A DNA stretch of 64,000 nt from Bacteroidales bacterium (GTDB lineage Bacteria; Bacteroidota; Bacteroidia; Bacteroidales; UBA3663): NCBI GenBank assembly GCA_017449065.1, contig JAFSKF010000055.1, positions 4,301 through 68,300 on the forward strand. The letters run 5' to 3'. The position numbers and the translations under genes are program-made. Below, in pieces: positions 9,790 to 21,013 of this stretch. The first letter of the stretch is position 1. Each line of letters opens with the position of its first letter. Below the pieces are notes generated by a model, which ran no database searches, had not been told where the DNA came from, and worked only from the letters and a program-made list of their open reading frames with translations.

Positions 9790-11088
9790 ATGAACTTACG
9801 CTTGTTTTTCTTCTGGCTATTTGTTGCGTTTTGTTTTTCTGAAGTTAGGGCACAACACCGGGTTATCCTGATTTCCATTGACGGACTACAACCAGCTGCC
9901 GTTGCCGACGACCGTTGGCCCCTGCCCTTTCTGCACCAGTTCCGCGATGAAGGCTTCTTTGTGCCTGAAGTGCAGAGCACGCATCCTTCCATGACGTATC
10001 CTGCCCATACTACAATCATTACAGGGGTTCCGCCTCGCGAACACGGCATCCATTGCAATCGCGTTTTTCAGTTTAACCGAAAGGAATCGCAGCTCTACCA
10101 TTGGTATGCCGACAGCATCCGCGCCAAGACCCTTTGGCAAGCAGTCAAAGAAAAAGGCGGCACCACGGCTTCTTTGCAATGGCCTGTTTCGACGGGTTGC
10201 CCCTACATCGACTACAATGTGCCCGAATATTTTTCAGCCGTCAAAACAGAGGTAGGTGCTTTCAATTACCTTCGTCCTTACTGCACTCCGTCCGGCTTCC
10301 TGAAAGAACTGGAAGAAGAAGCCACAGGCAGGCTGTCGGACACTACCATGCGTGCCGACAGCTACGAGTATGATGCCAAAACAGCCTACATGGTGAATTA
10401 TATTGAAAACAGATACAAACCCGACCTGCTGACCGTTCATTTCATTACTACCGACTATAAGCAGCATCAGACAGGCCCTCATTCCCGGGAAACCCAACAG
10501 GCATTTGCCTCGGTTGACAATGCCATCGGACTTATCGTCGAAAACCTAACCTACACCCGTCAGCTCGACAGCGTGACGCTGGTGATTACCGGCGATCACG
10601 GCTTTGTGGAAGCACAACGGAAAATCTACCCGAATGTCTGGCTGGTGCAGGCCGGCATGCTCTCCGACACTCTGGGCGGCAACTGGCAGGCTTGCTTCCA
10701 TGCTTTGGGAGCAGCTTCCTATTTGTATGTGAATCCGACGCTGAAACTGAAACAACGTAAAAAGTGCATCGAAAAGGTTATCCGCTTGCTGGAACAACAG
10801 CCGGATTCCATCCGCCAATGGTACGATATCCTAACTCCAGACTCCATCGCCCTTCTGGGAGGTGATCCGCAAGCCGACTTGTGTCTTTCGACAAAGCCGG
10901 GCGCCGGATGTGGCAACAATCGGACAGGAAACGCGTTTCTGGCAGTCAAAGGCGGGATGCACGGCTATATGACTAACTGCACTCCAACCTGTCTGATACT
11001 CTACGGAGCAAAAGCCAGACAAAACGATCTTCCCGAAGTACATTCTTTGAACGACGTCTTCCCTTTGGTGGAAAAACTTCTCAAATAG
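9790..11088 (+). CDS. Alkaline-phosphatase superfamily nucleotide pyrophosphatase/phosphodiesterase-like protein
   Basis: 432 aa with a signal peptide. Motifs: ISIDGL, the nucleophile-region TYPAHTTIITG, and GDHGF. Confidence 0.8.
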   Translation: MNLRLFFFWLFVAFCFSEVRAQHRVILISIDGLQPAAVADDRWPLPFLHQFRDEGFFVPEVQSTHPSMTYPAHTTIITGVPPREHGIHCNRVFQFNRKESQLYHWYADSIRAKTLWQAVKEKGGTTASLQWPVSTGCPYIDYNVPEYFSAVKTEVGAFNYLRPYCTPSGFLKELEEEATGRLSDTTMRADSYEYDAKTAYMVNYIENRYKPDLLTVHFITTDYKQHQTGPHSRETQQAFASVDNAIGLIVENLTYTRQLDSVTLVITGDHGFVEAQRKIYPNVWLVQAGMLSDTLGGNWQACFHALGAASYLYVNPTLKLKQRKKCIEKVIRLLEQQPDSIRQWYDILTPDSIALLGGDPQADLCLSTKPGAGCGNNRTGNAFLAVKGGMHGYMTNCTPTCLILYGAKARQNDLPEVHSLNDVFPLVEKLLK

Positions 11089-11231
11089 ACAGAAATATCT
11101 TGTGGATTTATTTCTTTTAGCTTGAATTTCCTAAAATTTCAACCATTTTGCTATTTTTATCAAACAAATCGAACATTTTTCAATTAAAAAATAAGTTTTT
11201 CGAACTTTTTTGAAAAATATTTTCGAATTTG

Positions 11232-11263
11232 TTTGGCAAAATTACAACCGATACGTATATTTG
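11232..11263 (+). promoter_or_regulatory. Promoter of gltB
   Basis: TTTG (11232-11235), a 20-nt spacer, then TATATTTG (11256-11263). Confidence 0.55.
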
Positions 11264-11353
11264 CATCGTCAAACGAAAGAAAATACGGTAAAACATTTTC
11301 TTTTTGTTTAACAATTTAGAAAAATGATTGCAAATTACTAAATAGTATCGGTT

Positions 11354-14300
11354 ATGTTTAAGAAGCAAGGTTTGTACGATCCCGCCTACGAGCACGATGC
11401 CTGCGGTGTTGGTTTGTTGGCCAACATCAATGGTAGCAAGACACATGAAATCGTAGAACGCGGTCTTCAGGTTTTGGAGAACATGGAACATCGTGGTGCC
11501 GAGGGTGCCGACGAACGTACCGGAGATGGCGCCGGCATCATGGTGCAGATTCCTCACGAGTTTATTTTGTTACAAGGTATTCCAGTTCCTGAAAAGGGAC
11601 ATTACGGAGTGGCTATGACCTTCTTTCCCAAGGACGAGGAAGAGGGTTATCGCTGTCTGGATGCATTCAAACAGGAAATCAGTAAAGCGGGGCTGAATCT
11701 GATCAGCGTGCGCGACGTTCCGGTTAACAGCGATGTGTTGGGTACGTTGAGTGCAGCTGCCGAACCGGACATCAAGCAGCTGTTCATCAAAAGCGAGCAT
11801 TATATGTCGCAGGAGGATCTCAACAAAGCGCTCTATCTGGTGCGCCGACGCGTGGAACTCCGCATCGCACAAAGTGACCTGACCGGAAAAGACGATTTCT
11901 ATGTCTGCTCGCTATCCACGCGCGTTATAGTATATAAAGGTATGCTGATCTCCCGTCAGCTCCGCCAGTATTATCCTGACTTGCTCTCGCCTTGGTTCAC
12001 GTCGGGCATGGCGTTAGTGCATTCACGTTTCTCGACCAACACTTCTCCCCGATGGCCTTTAGCACAGCCTTTCCGCTTCTTAGGACACAATGGCGAGATC
12101 AATACCATCCGTGGCAATCGCAGCTGGATGCATGCCCGCGAAACGGTACTCAATCCCGGCGAACTGGGCGGCATGAAAGAGATTACGCCTCTGATCCAGC
12201 CGGGTATGTCCGATTCCGCCTCCTTCGACAACGTGCTGGAATTCTTCGTGGAGAGCGGTATGTCGCTGCCCCATGCTTTGGCGATGATGGTTCCCGAATC
12301 GTTTAACGAGAAGAACCCTATTCCGCAGGACCTAAAGGATTTCTACGAATATCACAGCATCATGATGGAGGCCTGGGACGGCCCTGCTGCCCTGCTGTTC
12401 TCCGACGGACGCTACGTGGGAGGTATGCTCGATCGTAACGGCTTGCGTCCTTGCCGATACGTCATCACCAAAGACGGTATGCTGCAAATGGCCTCCGAAA
12501 TCGGTGTGCTGCAATACGACGGCAGCGAAATAGCAGAAAAGGGACGTCTGCGTCCCGGCAAGATCCTGCTCGTCGATCTGGAAACCGGCAAAATCAGCCG
12601 CGATCAGGAAGTGAAGCACGAGCTCGCCTCAGAGCATCCATACGGAGAATGGCTGAACAAGAACCGCATCTATCTCGACAAGCTGAGCAGCGGACGCAAA
12701 GCCCCGGTAACTGTCGAGAACTACAACACCGTCAGCACAGCTTTCGGATACAGTCAGGAAGACATCAGCCGCATCATTGTGCCGATGGCACAGAATGCCC
12801 AGGAACCGACCTGGAGCATGGGCAACGACACGCCACTGGCTGCCTTCTCCAACCAGCCGCAGCGTCTGTTCGCCTATTTCCGGCAGCAGTTTGCCCAAGT
12901 CACCAACCCACCTATCGATCCTATCCGCGAAAAGGCGGTCATGAGCCTGGGCGGCTACGTGGGCAGCATTGACGGCAACCTGCTTGAGTTCAACCCCGAA
13001 CTCTGTAAGATGGTTTCGCTGAGCAATCCGATTCTTACCAACCGCGAACTCGACCTGCTCTGCAACATCGCCTACAAAGGCTTCAAGGCGGTTAAGGCCG
13101 ATATGCTTTTCAAAGTGAAAGACGGTGCCTTAGGCTTGCAGCAGGCTGTGGCCGATCTGTGCACAGCAGCTGAGAAAGCTGTCGATGAAGGATACGATTA
13201 CATTGTGCTGACCGACCGGAAAATGGATGCCGAAATGGCTCCGGTTCCTTCGCTTTTAGCCACATCGGCCGTGCATAGCCATCTCATTGAGAAGCACAAA
13301 CGCTGCCAGATTGGCGTGATTGTCGAGTCGGGAGAGCCTCGCGAAGTGATGCACTTTGCACTCCTGATGGGTTTCGGTGCTTCTGCCATCAACCCCTATC
13401 TGGCTTTTGCCACCATTCAGGAACAGATCAACCAGCACGAACTCGCCCTCGACTACGACACGGCCTGCAAGAACTATATCACCGCCATCTCGAAAGGCTT
13501 GCTGAAGATCATGTCGAAGATGGGTATTTCCACCCTCGGTTCCTACAAGGGAGCACGTCTGTTCGAGGTTGCCGGTTTGGACCAGGACATCATGGACAAA
13601 TATTTCGGCGGTGCCGACAGCAAGATTACGGGTGTGGGCATGAACGAAATCTGCGAGGAGGTGCTGAAACCTCACCAGCAGGCGTTTGCCCAGTTCGCCG
13701 ATAACTCGCTGCTGCCAAACTTCGGCAACTACGCCTATCGCAAGGATGGTGAGAAACATGCCTGGAATCCGGAAACCATCTCAACCCTGCAAATTGCTAC
13801 GCGTCTGAACAGCTACAAGAAATACAAGGAATTTGCCAAGTTGGTGAACGAACGCGAGCAGCCGATGTTCATCCGCGACTTCCTCAGCTTCAAAAAAGCG
13901 GAAGTGCCTACCCCGATGGAGGAAGTGGAACCGGCAGAAAGCATCATGCACCGGTTTGCCACTGGCGCCATGTCGTTCGGTGCCATTTCGAAGGAAGCCC
14001 ACGAAGCGTTAGCCATCGCCATGAATACCATTGGCGGACGCAGCAATACAGGCGAAGGCGGCGAACCTTCGGAGCGTTTCTATGTAGCCGACGGCGAACC
14101 CAATGTGCGTTCTGCCATCAAGCAGGTGGCTTCCGGCCGATTCGGCGTCACTACCGAATATCTGGTGAATGCCGATGAAATCCAGATCAAGATTGCCCAG
14201 GGAGCCAAGCCCGGTGAAGGCGGACAGCTGCCAGGTTTCAAGGTGAACGAGGTGATTGCCAAAGCCCGCCATGCGATGCCCGGCATTACGCTGGTTTCTC

Positions 14301-15862
14301 CTCCGCCGCATCACGACATCTATTCCATCGAGGATCTGGCACAGCTGATCTTCGACCTGAAGAATGTAAATCCGAAAGCCGACATCTCGGTAAAACTGGT
14401 ATCCGAATCCGGCATCGGCACCATTGCCGCAGGTGTAGCCAAAGCCAAAGCCGACCGTATCATTATTTCGGGTGCCGACGGCGGAACCGGAGCTTCTCCG
14501 GCCTCCTCGACGAAACACGCCGGCATGAGTCCGGAAATCGGTTTGGCTGAAACGCAGCAGACGCTGATTATCAACTTGCTGCGCGGACAGGTGAAACTGC
14601 AAACCGACGGACAGATGAAGACCGGTCGGGACTGCATGATCATGGCACTGTTAGGTGCCGAGGAATATGCTTTTGCAACAGCCGCCCTGATTGTGCTGGG
14701 TTGCGTGATGATGCGCAAATGCCACCTGAACACCTGTCCGGTGGGTGTGGCTACCCAAGACCCGAAACTCCGTGCCCGCTTCCGCGGACGCAGCCAGTAT
14801 ATCATCAACTACATGCGTTTTGTGGCCGAAGAGATGCGCGAATATCTGTCGGAGATGGGTATGAAGTCGATGGATGATGTCATCGGCCGCACCGACCTGA
14901 TTGAAACCCGCACCTTCGACACGAACTCGAAGACACGCAAGATCAATCTCTCGAAATTGCTCTATGTGCCCGAAGAGGCGAAAACGACTGCCATCCGCAA
15001 CGTGAAACCGCAGCAGCATCGTATCGACTCCGTGCTCGACCAAAGCATCATCAAAGTCGCCAATCCTGCCATTTCTGCCAAGATGCCGATCCAGCTGTCC
15101 TATCCTATCAAGAACACGGATCGTGCGGTGGGTGCGATGCTGAGTGGTGCCATTGCCAGAAAATACCGGGCTGAAGGCCTGCCTGCCGACACGATCACCA
15201 TCAACTTCAAGGGTTCTGCCGGACAGTCGTTCGGTGCCTTCCTGGTGCCAGGTGTACACTTCAAACTGCAAGGCGATGCCAACGACTATTTAGGCAAAGG
15301 ACTTTCCGGCGGCAAGATCTCGGTGGTTCCGGCTGCCGGTACAACTTTCGCTGCCGAAGACAACATCATTTGCGGCAATACGCTGATGTATGGTGCAACC
15401 AGTGGCGAAGTCTATATTAACGGACGCGTCGGCGAACGTTTTGCTGTGCGCAACTCCGGAGCTACTGCCGTGATTGAGGGTGCCGGAGACCACTGCTGCG
15501 AATATATGACAGGCGGTGTGGTTGTGGTGCTGGGCACCGTGGGCCGCAACTTCGGTGCAGGCATGAGCGCCGGTGTGGCATACGTCTATGACGAGGAGCA
15601 TAATTTCGACTATTTCTGCAACATGGAAATGGTGGAACTCACGCTGGTGGAAGATGTCTATGACATGAAGGAACTGCGCACCTTAGTGGAACGCCACTAT
15701 GCCGAAACCGGTTCAGCCAAGGCCAAACGTCTGCTCGACAACTGGTACGAAAGCATCAACAACTTCATCAAAGTGACGCCTATCGAATATAAGAAGGTTT
15801 TGATGGAGAAGCGTCTGCGCGAACTCGAAGCCAAGCAGAAGCATGTCACTCATCAGGAATAA
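11354..15862 (+). CDS. gltB: Glutamate synthase large subunit
   Basis: 1502 aa. It has the Ntn amidotransferase start (..HDACGVG), the FMN/3Fe-4S central region, and the C-terminal GXGXG beta-helix. Confidence 0.97.
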   Translation: MFKKQGLYDPAYEHDACGVGLLANINGSKTHEIVERGLQVLENMEHRGAEGADERTGDGAGIMVQIPHEFILLQGIPVPEKGHYGVAMTFFPKDEEEGYRCLDAFKQEISKAGLNLISVRDVPVNSDVLGTLSAAAEPDIKQLFIKSEHYMSQEDLNKALYLVRRRVELRIAQSDLTGKDDFYVCSLSTRVIVYKGMLISRQLRQYYPDLLSPWFTSGMALVHSRFSTNTSPRWPLAQPFRFLGHNGEINTIRGNRSWMHARETVLNPGELGGMKEITPLIQPGMSDSASFDNVLEFFVESGMSLPHALAMMVPESFNEKNPIPQDLKDFYEYHSIMMEAWDGPAALLFSDGRYVGGMLDRNGLRPCRYVITKDGMLQMASEIGVLQYDGSEIAEKGRLRPGKILLVDLETGKISRDQEVKHELASEHPYGEWLNKNRIYLDKLSSGRKAPVTVENYNTVSTAFGYSQEDISRIIVPMAQNAQEPTWSMGNDTPLAAFSNQPQRLFAYFRQQFAQVTNPPIDPIREKAVMSLGGYVGSIDGNLLEFNPELCKMVSLSNPILTNRELDLLCNIAYKGFKAVKADMLFKVKDGALGLQQAVADLCTAAEKAVDEGYDYIVLTDRKMDAEMAPVPSLLATSAVHSHLIEKHKRCQIGVIVESGEPREVMHFALLMGFGASAINPYLAFATIQEQINQHELALDYDTACKNYITAISKGLLKIMSKMGISTLGSYKGARLFEVAGLDQDIMDKYFGGADSKITGVGMNEICEEVLKPHQQAFAQFADNSLLPNFGNYAYRKDGEKHAWNPETISTLQIATRLNSYKKYKEFAKLVNEREQPMFIRDFLSFKKAEVPTPMEEVEPAESIMHRFATGAMSFGAISKEAHEALAIAMNTIGGRSNTGEGGEPSERFYVADGEPNVRSAIKQVASGRFGVTTEYLVNADEIQIKIAQGAKPGEGGQLPGFKVNEVIAKARHAMPGITLVSPPPHHDIYSIEDLAQLIFDLKNVNPKADISVKLVSESGIGTIAAGVAKAKADRIIISGADGGTGASPASSTKHAGMSPEIGLAETQQTLIINLLRGQVKLQTDGQMKTGRDCMIMALLGAEEYAFATAALIVLGCVMMRKCHLNTCPVGVATQDPKLRARFRGRSQYIINYMRFVAEEMREYLSEMGMKSMDDVIGRTDLIETRTFDTNSKTRKINLSKLLYVPEEAKTTAIRNVKPQQHRIDSVLDQSIIKVANPAISAKMPIQLSYPIKNTDRAVGAMLSGAIARKYRAEGLPADTITINFKGSAGQSFGAFLVPGVHFKLQGDANDYLGKGLSGGKISVVPAAGTTFAAEDNIICGNTLMYGATSGEVYINGRVGERFAVRNSGATAVIEGAGDHCCEYMTGGVVVVLGTVGRNFGAGMSAGVAYVYDEEHNFDYFCNMEMVELTLVEDVYDMKELRTLVERHYAETGSAKAKRLLDNWYESINNFIKVTPIEYKKVLMEKRLRELEAKQKHVTHQE

Positions 15863-15895
15863 TATTACTTCACCAATAATTTATATTTGATCATT

Positions 15896-17335
15896 ATGGG
15901 AAATCCTAAAGCATTTCTGACCATCGATAGAAAAGAAGCCGGATACCGTCCGAAGGAAGAGCGTATCCGCGATTATGGTGAGGTAGAACAAACCCTCGCC
16001 ATCGAAGACCGTATGCAGCAGGCAAGCCGCTGCATGGATTGTGGCGTACCATTCTGCCATTGGGCCTGTCCGTTGGGCAACCGCATGCCGGAATATCAGG
16101 ATCTGGTTTATAAAGGCAAGTGGAAAGAAGCCTATCAGGTGCTGAACCAGACGCACCCCTTCCCCGAGTTTACGGGACGCATCTGTCCGGCTTTGTGCGA
16201 AAAAAGCTGCGTGCAGGCGCTGGAACATCAGGCCGTAACCATCCGCGAGAACGAATGTGCAACTGCCGAACGTGCCTACAACGAAGGTTTCGTCCTGCCC
16301 CGCATTCCGGCGTTCCGCAATGGCAGGAAAGTAGCCATCGTGGGCGGTGGACCTGCCGGATTAGCAGCTGCCGACCGCCTGAACCAAATGGGCTATACGG
16401 TAACCGTGTTCGAGAAGAACGAAGCCATCGGAGGCTTGCTCCGTTTCGGCATCCCCGATTTCAAGTTAAACAAGCACGTCATCGACCGCCGTCTGGAGAT
16501 TCTTGAAGCCGAAGGCATCACGTTCAAGACGGGTGTGAAGGTTGCCGAAGACGGCGACATGACGCCAAAGCAACTCGATAAGGAGTTCGATGCCATCGTG
16601 CTGACGATGGGTGCCGAGACGCCTCGCGACCTGAAAGTGGAGAATCGCGATGTGAAGGGCGTATATTTCGCCCTGCAACTGCTTCAACAGCAGAATCGCG
16701 TGAATGCCGGCGTCGAATTCGAGAAAGCAGATCGCATTACTGCCAAAGGCAAGAATGTGCTGATTATCGGCGGTGGCGACACCGGTTCGGACTGTGTGGG
16801 CACCAGCAACCGGCAAGGTGCCAAGAGTGTTACGCAAATCGAAGTGATGCCCAAACCGTTCGAGGACGAAGATCCTGTCAATCCTTGGCCTGCCTATCCG
16901 CGACTGTTGCTGAAAACCACCTCATCGCACAAAGAAGGCTGCACACGTGAATGGAGCCTGAACACCTTGCGTTTCGTGCTCGACGACAACGGCAACCTGT
17001 GCGGTGCCGAGGTAGAGAAAGTGGATTGGGTTACACCTGCCGACGGCGGACGTCCCAATATGGTTCCTACCGGCGAGAAGAAAATCATTCCTTGCGAACT
17101 GGCGTTGCTGGCAATGGGCTTCACACAGCCGAACGCACAGTTTGTCGACGCCTTTAAGCTGGAGAAAGACCAGCGCGGAAACATCGCCACCTCTGCCCTC
17201 GGACAGACCTCCAATCCGAAGATCTTTGCTGCCGGCGATTGCCGCACGGGTGCTTCGCTGGTGGTTCGTGCCATTGCTTCCGGCCGATGTGCCGCACAGG
17301 GTGTCGAGGAATATTTCTCTACTTTGAAAAAATAA
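15896..17335 (+). CDS. gltD: Glutamate synthase small subunit (NADPH)
   Basis: Fe-S cysteine clusters (CMDCGVPFCH, CPALCE) and the dinucleotide fold VAIVGGGPAGLAAA. I prefer the ATG at 15896 over the TTG at 15887 used in the ORF track. Confidence 0.95.
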   Translation: MGNPKAFLTIDRKEAGYRPKEERIRDYGEVEQTLAIEDRMQQASRCMDCGVPFCHWACPLGNRMPEYQDLVYKGKWKEAYQVLNQTHPFPEFTGRICPALCEKSCVQALEHQAVTIRENECATAERAYNEGFVLPRIPAFRNGRKVAIVGGGPAGLAAADRLNQMGYTVTVFEKNEAIGGLLRFGIPDFKLNKHVIDRRLEILEAEGITFKTGVKVAEDGDMTPKQLDKEFDAIVLTMGAETPRDLKVENRDVKGVYFALQLLQQQNRVNAGVEFEKADRITAKGKNVLIIGGGDTGSDCVGTSNRQGAKSVTQIEVMPKPFEDEDPVNPWPAYPRLLLKTTSSHKEGCTREWSLNTLRFVLDDNGNLCGAEVEKVDWVTPADGGRPNMVPTGEKKIIPCELALLAMGFTQPNAQFVDAFKLEKDQRGNIATSALGQTSNPKIFAAGDCRTGASLVVRAIASGRCAAQGVEEYFSTLKK

Positions 17336-17371
17336 ATCTACGAATCATTGATCAAAAACTCAAGATAATAT

Positions 17372-19048
17372 ATGTGTGGAATAGTTGGGGTTTTCAACCT
17401 GAAACCCGGCGAGTCTGTCGAACTCCGTCCTCAAATGCTCCAGATGTCGAAACGCATCCGTCACCGCGGTCCCGACTGGAGCGGTATTTACAGCGGCGAG
17501 AAAACCATTCTCTGCCACGAACGTCTGTCTATTGTCGATCCGATTTCGGGCGGACAACCTTTATATAATAAGGAACACAGCCTGGTGCTGGCGGTGAATG
17601 GAGAGATTTACAACCACCAGAAGTTTCGCGATGAGCTGAAAGACGAATACGAGTTTCAGACCGGCTCCGACTGCGAGGTGATTCTGGCACTCTACCAGAA
17701 GTACGGCACGCAGTTCATCGACAAACTGAACGGCATCTTCGCTTTCGCTCTTTACGACATCGAAAAAGACGTCTATCTGATTGCTCGCGACCATATCGGA
17801 GTCATTCCGCTCTATTATGGATACGATGCCGATCATCACCTGTATGTGGCTTCGGAACTCAAAGCGCTGGAAGGCTACTGCCCGGTCATCAAGTGCTTCC
17901 CTCCCGGCAAATACGTCTATAGTCCCAAGGGTGACACCTTGCAGACCTGGTACGAACGCGATTGGATGGATTACGAAAATGTGAAGAACAACTCATCGAG
18001 CATTCAGGAACTGCATGATGCCCTGGTGGCAGCCGTCGATCGGCAGCTGATGTCGGATGTCCCTTATGGTGTTCTGCTGTCCGGCGGACTCGATTCGAGC
18101 ATCATCTCAGCGTTGGCTCAAGGTATCAACAAAACCAAATTCGAGAATCAGGATCATGTGGGTTGGACGCCCCGTCTGCACTCGTTTGCCGTCGGACTGA
18201 AAGGCGCTCCCGACCTGATTGCAGCCAAGAAAGTGGCCGACTATATCGGAACGATTCATCACGAAATCAACTATACCGTACAGGAAGGACTCGATGCGGT
18301 GCGCGATGTGATCTACTACCTCGAAACCTACGACGTCACCACCGTGCGTGCCTCTACGCCGATGTACCTGTTGGCGCGTGTCATCAAGAGCATGGGCATT
18401 AAGATGGTGTTGAGCGGCGAAGGTGCCGACGAGATTTTCGGCGGATACCTGTATTTCCACAAGGCACCCTCGGCCGAAGAGTTCCACAAGGAGACGGTCC
18501 GCAAACTCTCGAAGCTGTATCTGTACGATTGCCTGCGTGCCAACAAAGCGTTGTCGGCCTGGGGCGTGGAAGGACGTGTTCCGTTTCTCGACAAAGAGTT
18601 TCTGGATGTGGCAATGCGCCTGAATCCTGCCGACAAGATGTGCGGCAAGGGAGCCGACGGACGCATGGAGAAATACATCCTACGCAAGGCGTTCGAAGAC
18701 GTGATTCCTCAGGAGATTGCCTGGCGCCAGAAGGAACAGTTCAGCGACGGTGTGGGCTACTCGTGGATCGACACACTGAAGCGCATCACCTCCGAACGGG
18801 TTTCCAACCAGATGATGCTGGAGGCTGCCGACCGCTTCCCGGTCAACACGCCTATGAACAAAGAGGAGTATTACTACCGTTCCATCTTCGAACAGCATTT
18901 CGGTTCGAACACGTCTGCCAGAACGGTTCCTCATGAGGCTTCGGTAGCTTGTTCCACCGCTATCGCCCTCGAATGGGATGCCGCCTGGAAGAACCTCAAC
19001 GACCCATCAGGACGTGCTGTAGAAGGAGTACACGAAAAAGCATATTGA
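17372..19048 (+). CDS. asnB: Asparagine synthase (glutamine-hydrolysing)
   Basis: 558 aa. N-terminal MCGI nucleophile and PP-loop SGGLDSS. Confidence 0.95.
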   Translation: MCGIVGVFNLKPGESVELRPQMLQMSKRIRHRGPDWSGIYSGEKTILCHERLSIVDPISGGQPLYNKEHSLVLAVNGEIYNHQKFRDELKDEYEFQTGSDCEVILALYQKYGTQFIDKLNGIFAFALYDIEKDVYLIARDHIGVIPLYYGYDADHHLYVASELKALEGYCPVIKCFPPGKYVYSPKGDTLQTWYERDWMDYENVKNNSSSIQELHDALVAAVDRQLMSDVPYGVLLSGGLDSSIISALAQGINKTKFENQDHVGWTPRLHSFAVGLKGAPDLIAAKKVADYIGTIHHEINYTVQEGLDAVRDVIYYLETYDVTTVRASTPMYLLARVIKSMGIKMVLSGEGADEIFGGYLYFHKAPSAEEFHKETVRKLSKLYLYDCLRANKALSAWGVEGRVPFLDKEFLDVAMRLNPADKMCGKGADGRMEKYILRKAFEDVIPQEIAWRQKEQFSDGVGYSWIDTLKRITSERVSNQMMLEAADRFPVNTPMNKEEYYYRSIFEQHFGSNTSARTVPHEASVACSTAIALEWDAAWKNLNDPSGRAVEGVHEKAY

Positions 19049-19049
19049 T

Positions 19050-20645
19050 ATGGTTACCAAATATATTTTTGTGACGGGAGGCGTCGTCAGTTCCTTGGGC
19101 AAAGGCATCATTTCGGCCAGCATCGGCAAACTGCTGCAGGCTCGCGGCTACAAGATCACCATCCAGAAATTCGATCCCTACATCAACATCGACCCTGGCA
19201 CGCTGAATCCGTACGAACACGGCGAATGTTACGTCACCGTCGATGGCATGGAAACAGACCTCGACCTGGGACATTACGAACGATTCACGGGAATCCGCAC
19301 CACTCGCGAAAACTCGGTCACTACGGGACGCATCTATCAGGCGGTGATCGATAAGGAACGCCACGGCGACTATTTAGGCCGCACCATCCAGGTAGTGCCA
19401 CACATCACCGACGAGATCAAGGCTCGCATCAAGGCCAATGCGGCTCGCGAGCACTTCGATTTTGTCATCACCGAGATCGGTGGCACCATCGGCGATATCG
19501 AGTCGGCTCCTTTCATGGAGGCCATCCGTCAGCTGCGCTGGGAAATGGGACGCAATGCCATCAATGTGCACCTCACCTACGTGCCCTACCTGCGGGCTGC
19601 CGGCGAAACCAAGACGAAGCCTACGCAACACAGCGTCAAGGAACTGCAGAGCATGGGCATCCAGCCGGACATCCTCATTCTGCGTACGGAAAAGCATCTG
19701 GAACCTGCCATTCTGAACAAGGTGGCAAGTTTCTGCAACGTCGAGCCATCGTGCGTGGTGCAGAGCGAGGATCTGCCCAGCATCTACGAGGTGCCCATCA
19801 ACATGCAGAATCAGGACCTCGATGCCAGCATCATCCGCAAGTTGGGCGAAGAAGTTGGTCCTAAGCCGGAAATGAAACCCTGGCGCACGTTCCTGAAACT
19901 GCAAAAGGAATCGACCGAGGAGGTTCATATCGGCTTAGTGGGCAAATACGACTTGCAGGATGCCTACAAAAGCATCCGCGAGAGCCTGAATCTGGCTGCC
20001 ATCTACAATCATCGGCAGGCCCGGCTGCATTTCATCAACAGCGAGAACATCACCGCAGCGAATGTGGAAGAGCAACTTCAGGGATTGGAAGGCGTGGTGA
20101 TCTGTCCCGGCTTCGGACAGCGAGGCATCGACGGAAAGATTGAAGCCATACACTATACCCGCACCCATAACATCCCGACTTTCGGCATCTGCTTAGGCAT
20201 GCAGATGATTGTAATCGAATTTGCCCGCAATGTGCTGGGCTATGCCGATGCCCATTCGATGGAAATGGACCCGAACACCCGACACAATGTCATCGACATC
20301 ATGGAGGATCAGAAGTCCGTCACCGACATGGGCGGCACGATGCGACTGGGAGCCTATCGCTGCGATTTGCGCGAAGGAAGCCGTGTGCGCGCCATCTACG
20401 GACAGGAACGCATCGAGGAACGCCATCGTCACCGCTACGAGTTCAACAATGCCTATCGCGCCGAATACGAAAAGAACGGCATGCAGTGTGTCGGTCTGAA
20501 TCCGGAAAGCGATCTGGTGGAGATTGTAGAGATTCCGGAACTCCGCTGGTTTGTCGGCACCCAGTTCCATCCCGAATACAGCAGCAGCGTGCTGAATCCG
20601 CACCCGCTGTTCCTCGACTTCGTCAGGACCATCATCGGAAAATAA
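19050..20645 (+). CDS. pyrG: CTP synthase
   Basis: 531 aa with KYIFVTGGVVSSLGKG and the GATase cysteine GICLGMQ. The ATG begins 1 nt after the asnB stop codon. Confidence 0.97.
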   Translation: MVTKYIFVTGGVVSSLGKGIISASIGKLLQARGYKITIQKFDPYINIDPGTLNPYEHGECYVTVDGMETDLDLGHYERFTGIRTTRENSVTTGRIYQAVIDKERHGDYLGRTIQVVPHITDEIKARIKANAAREHFDFVITEIGGTIGDIESAPFMEAIRQLRWEMGRNAINVHLTYVPYLRAAGETKTKPTQHSVKELQSMGIQPDILILRTEKHLEPAILNKVASFCNVEPSCVVQSEDLPSIYEVPINMQNQDLDASIIRKLGEEVGPKPEMKPWRTFLKLQKESTEEVHIGLVGKYDLQDAYKSIRESLNLAAIYNHRQARLHFINSENITAANVEEQLQGLEGVVICPGFGQRGIDGKIEAIHYTRTHNIPTFGICLGMQMIVIEFARNVLGYADAHSMEMDPNTRHNVIDIMEDQKSVTDMGGTMRLGAYRCDLREGSRVRAIYGQERIEERHRHRYEFNNAYRAEYEKNGMQCVGLNPESDLVEIVEIPELRWFVGTQFHPEYSSSVLNPHPLFLDFVRTIIGK

Positions 20646-20693
20646 CACCACAATACAACAGACTCATTATACGCAATCTTTTTCTAAAGTAGC

Positions 20694-20736
20694 AATAGCC
20701 GGAAAGTCGTGAGACTCCCGGCTATTTTCCGTTTTC
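20694..20736 (+). terminator. Intrinsic terminator after pyrG
   Basis: Stem aatagccgg (20694-20702) pairs with ccggctatt (20718-20726), followed by TTTCCGTTTT. Confidence 0.7.
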
Positions 20737-20761
20737 GAAGAACAGGTTTTCATCTCTACAT

Positions 20762-21007
20762 AAAAAAGAAGCCTGCGAGTTCAACTCGCAGGCCCTTGTT
20801 CGATTTAAGGCAATGGTTCTTAATAGGGATTTCGCTGTCTTTATAACCAAATAGTTTAAAATCTACTTCAATTTACAAAAGGGATATACTTAAATTTACA
20901 AAGGAATTCTATATTTGAACTCTAATAGTCTCTACTTTGTAAGATTGCTTTAAGCATGGCGCTTTGGCAACCTGTCAGAACTCAAAAGCATATATCTTTC
21001 TGTTTTG
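20762..21007 (-). ncRNA. Candidate ~245-nt small RNA bounded by a canonical promoter and an intrinsic terminator
   Basis: The promoter is listed as the next feature. The terminator is a perfect 9-bp GC-rich stem gcctgcgag/ctcgcaggc (20771-20793), followed on the minus strand by TTCTTTTTTA. The longest ATG ORFs inside are 13 and 11 codons. Confidence 0.4.
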
Positions 21008-21013
21008 ACGCTG

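Noticed and set aside
11275-11306. A hairpin (gaaagaaaat / attttctttt) in the gltB leader as a possible attenuator.
   Set aside because: The stem is almost entirely A-T with a 10-nt loop and only a weak T-rich tail. Many such structures arise by chance in AT-rich leaders.
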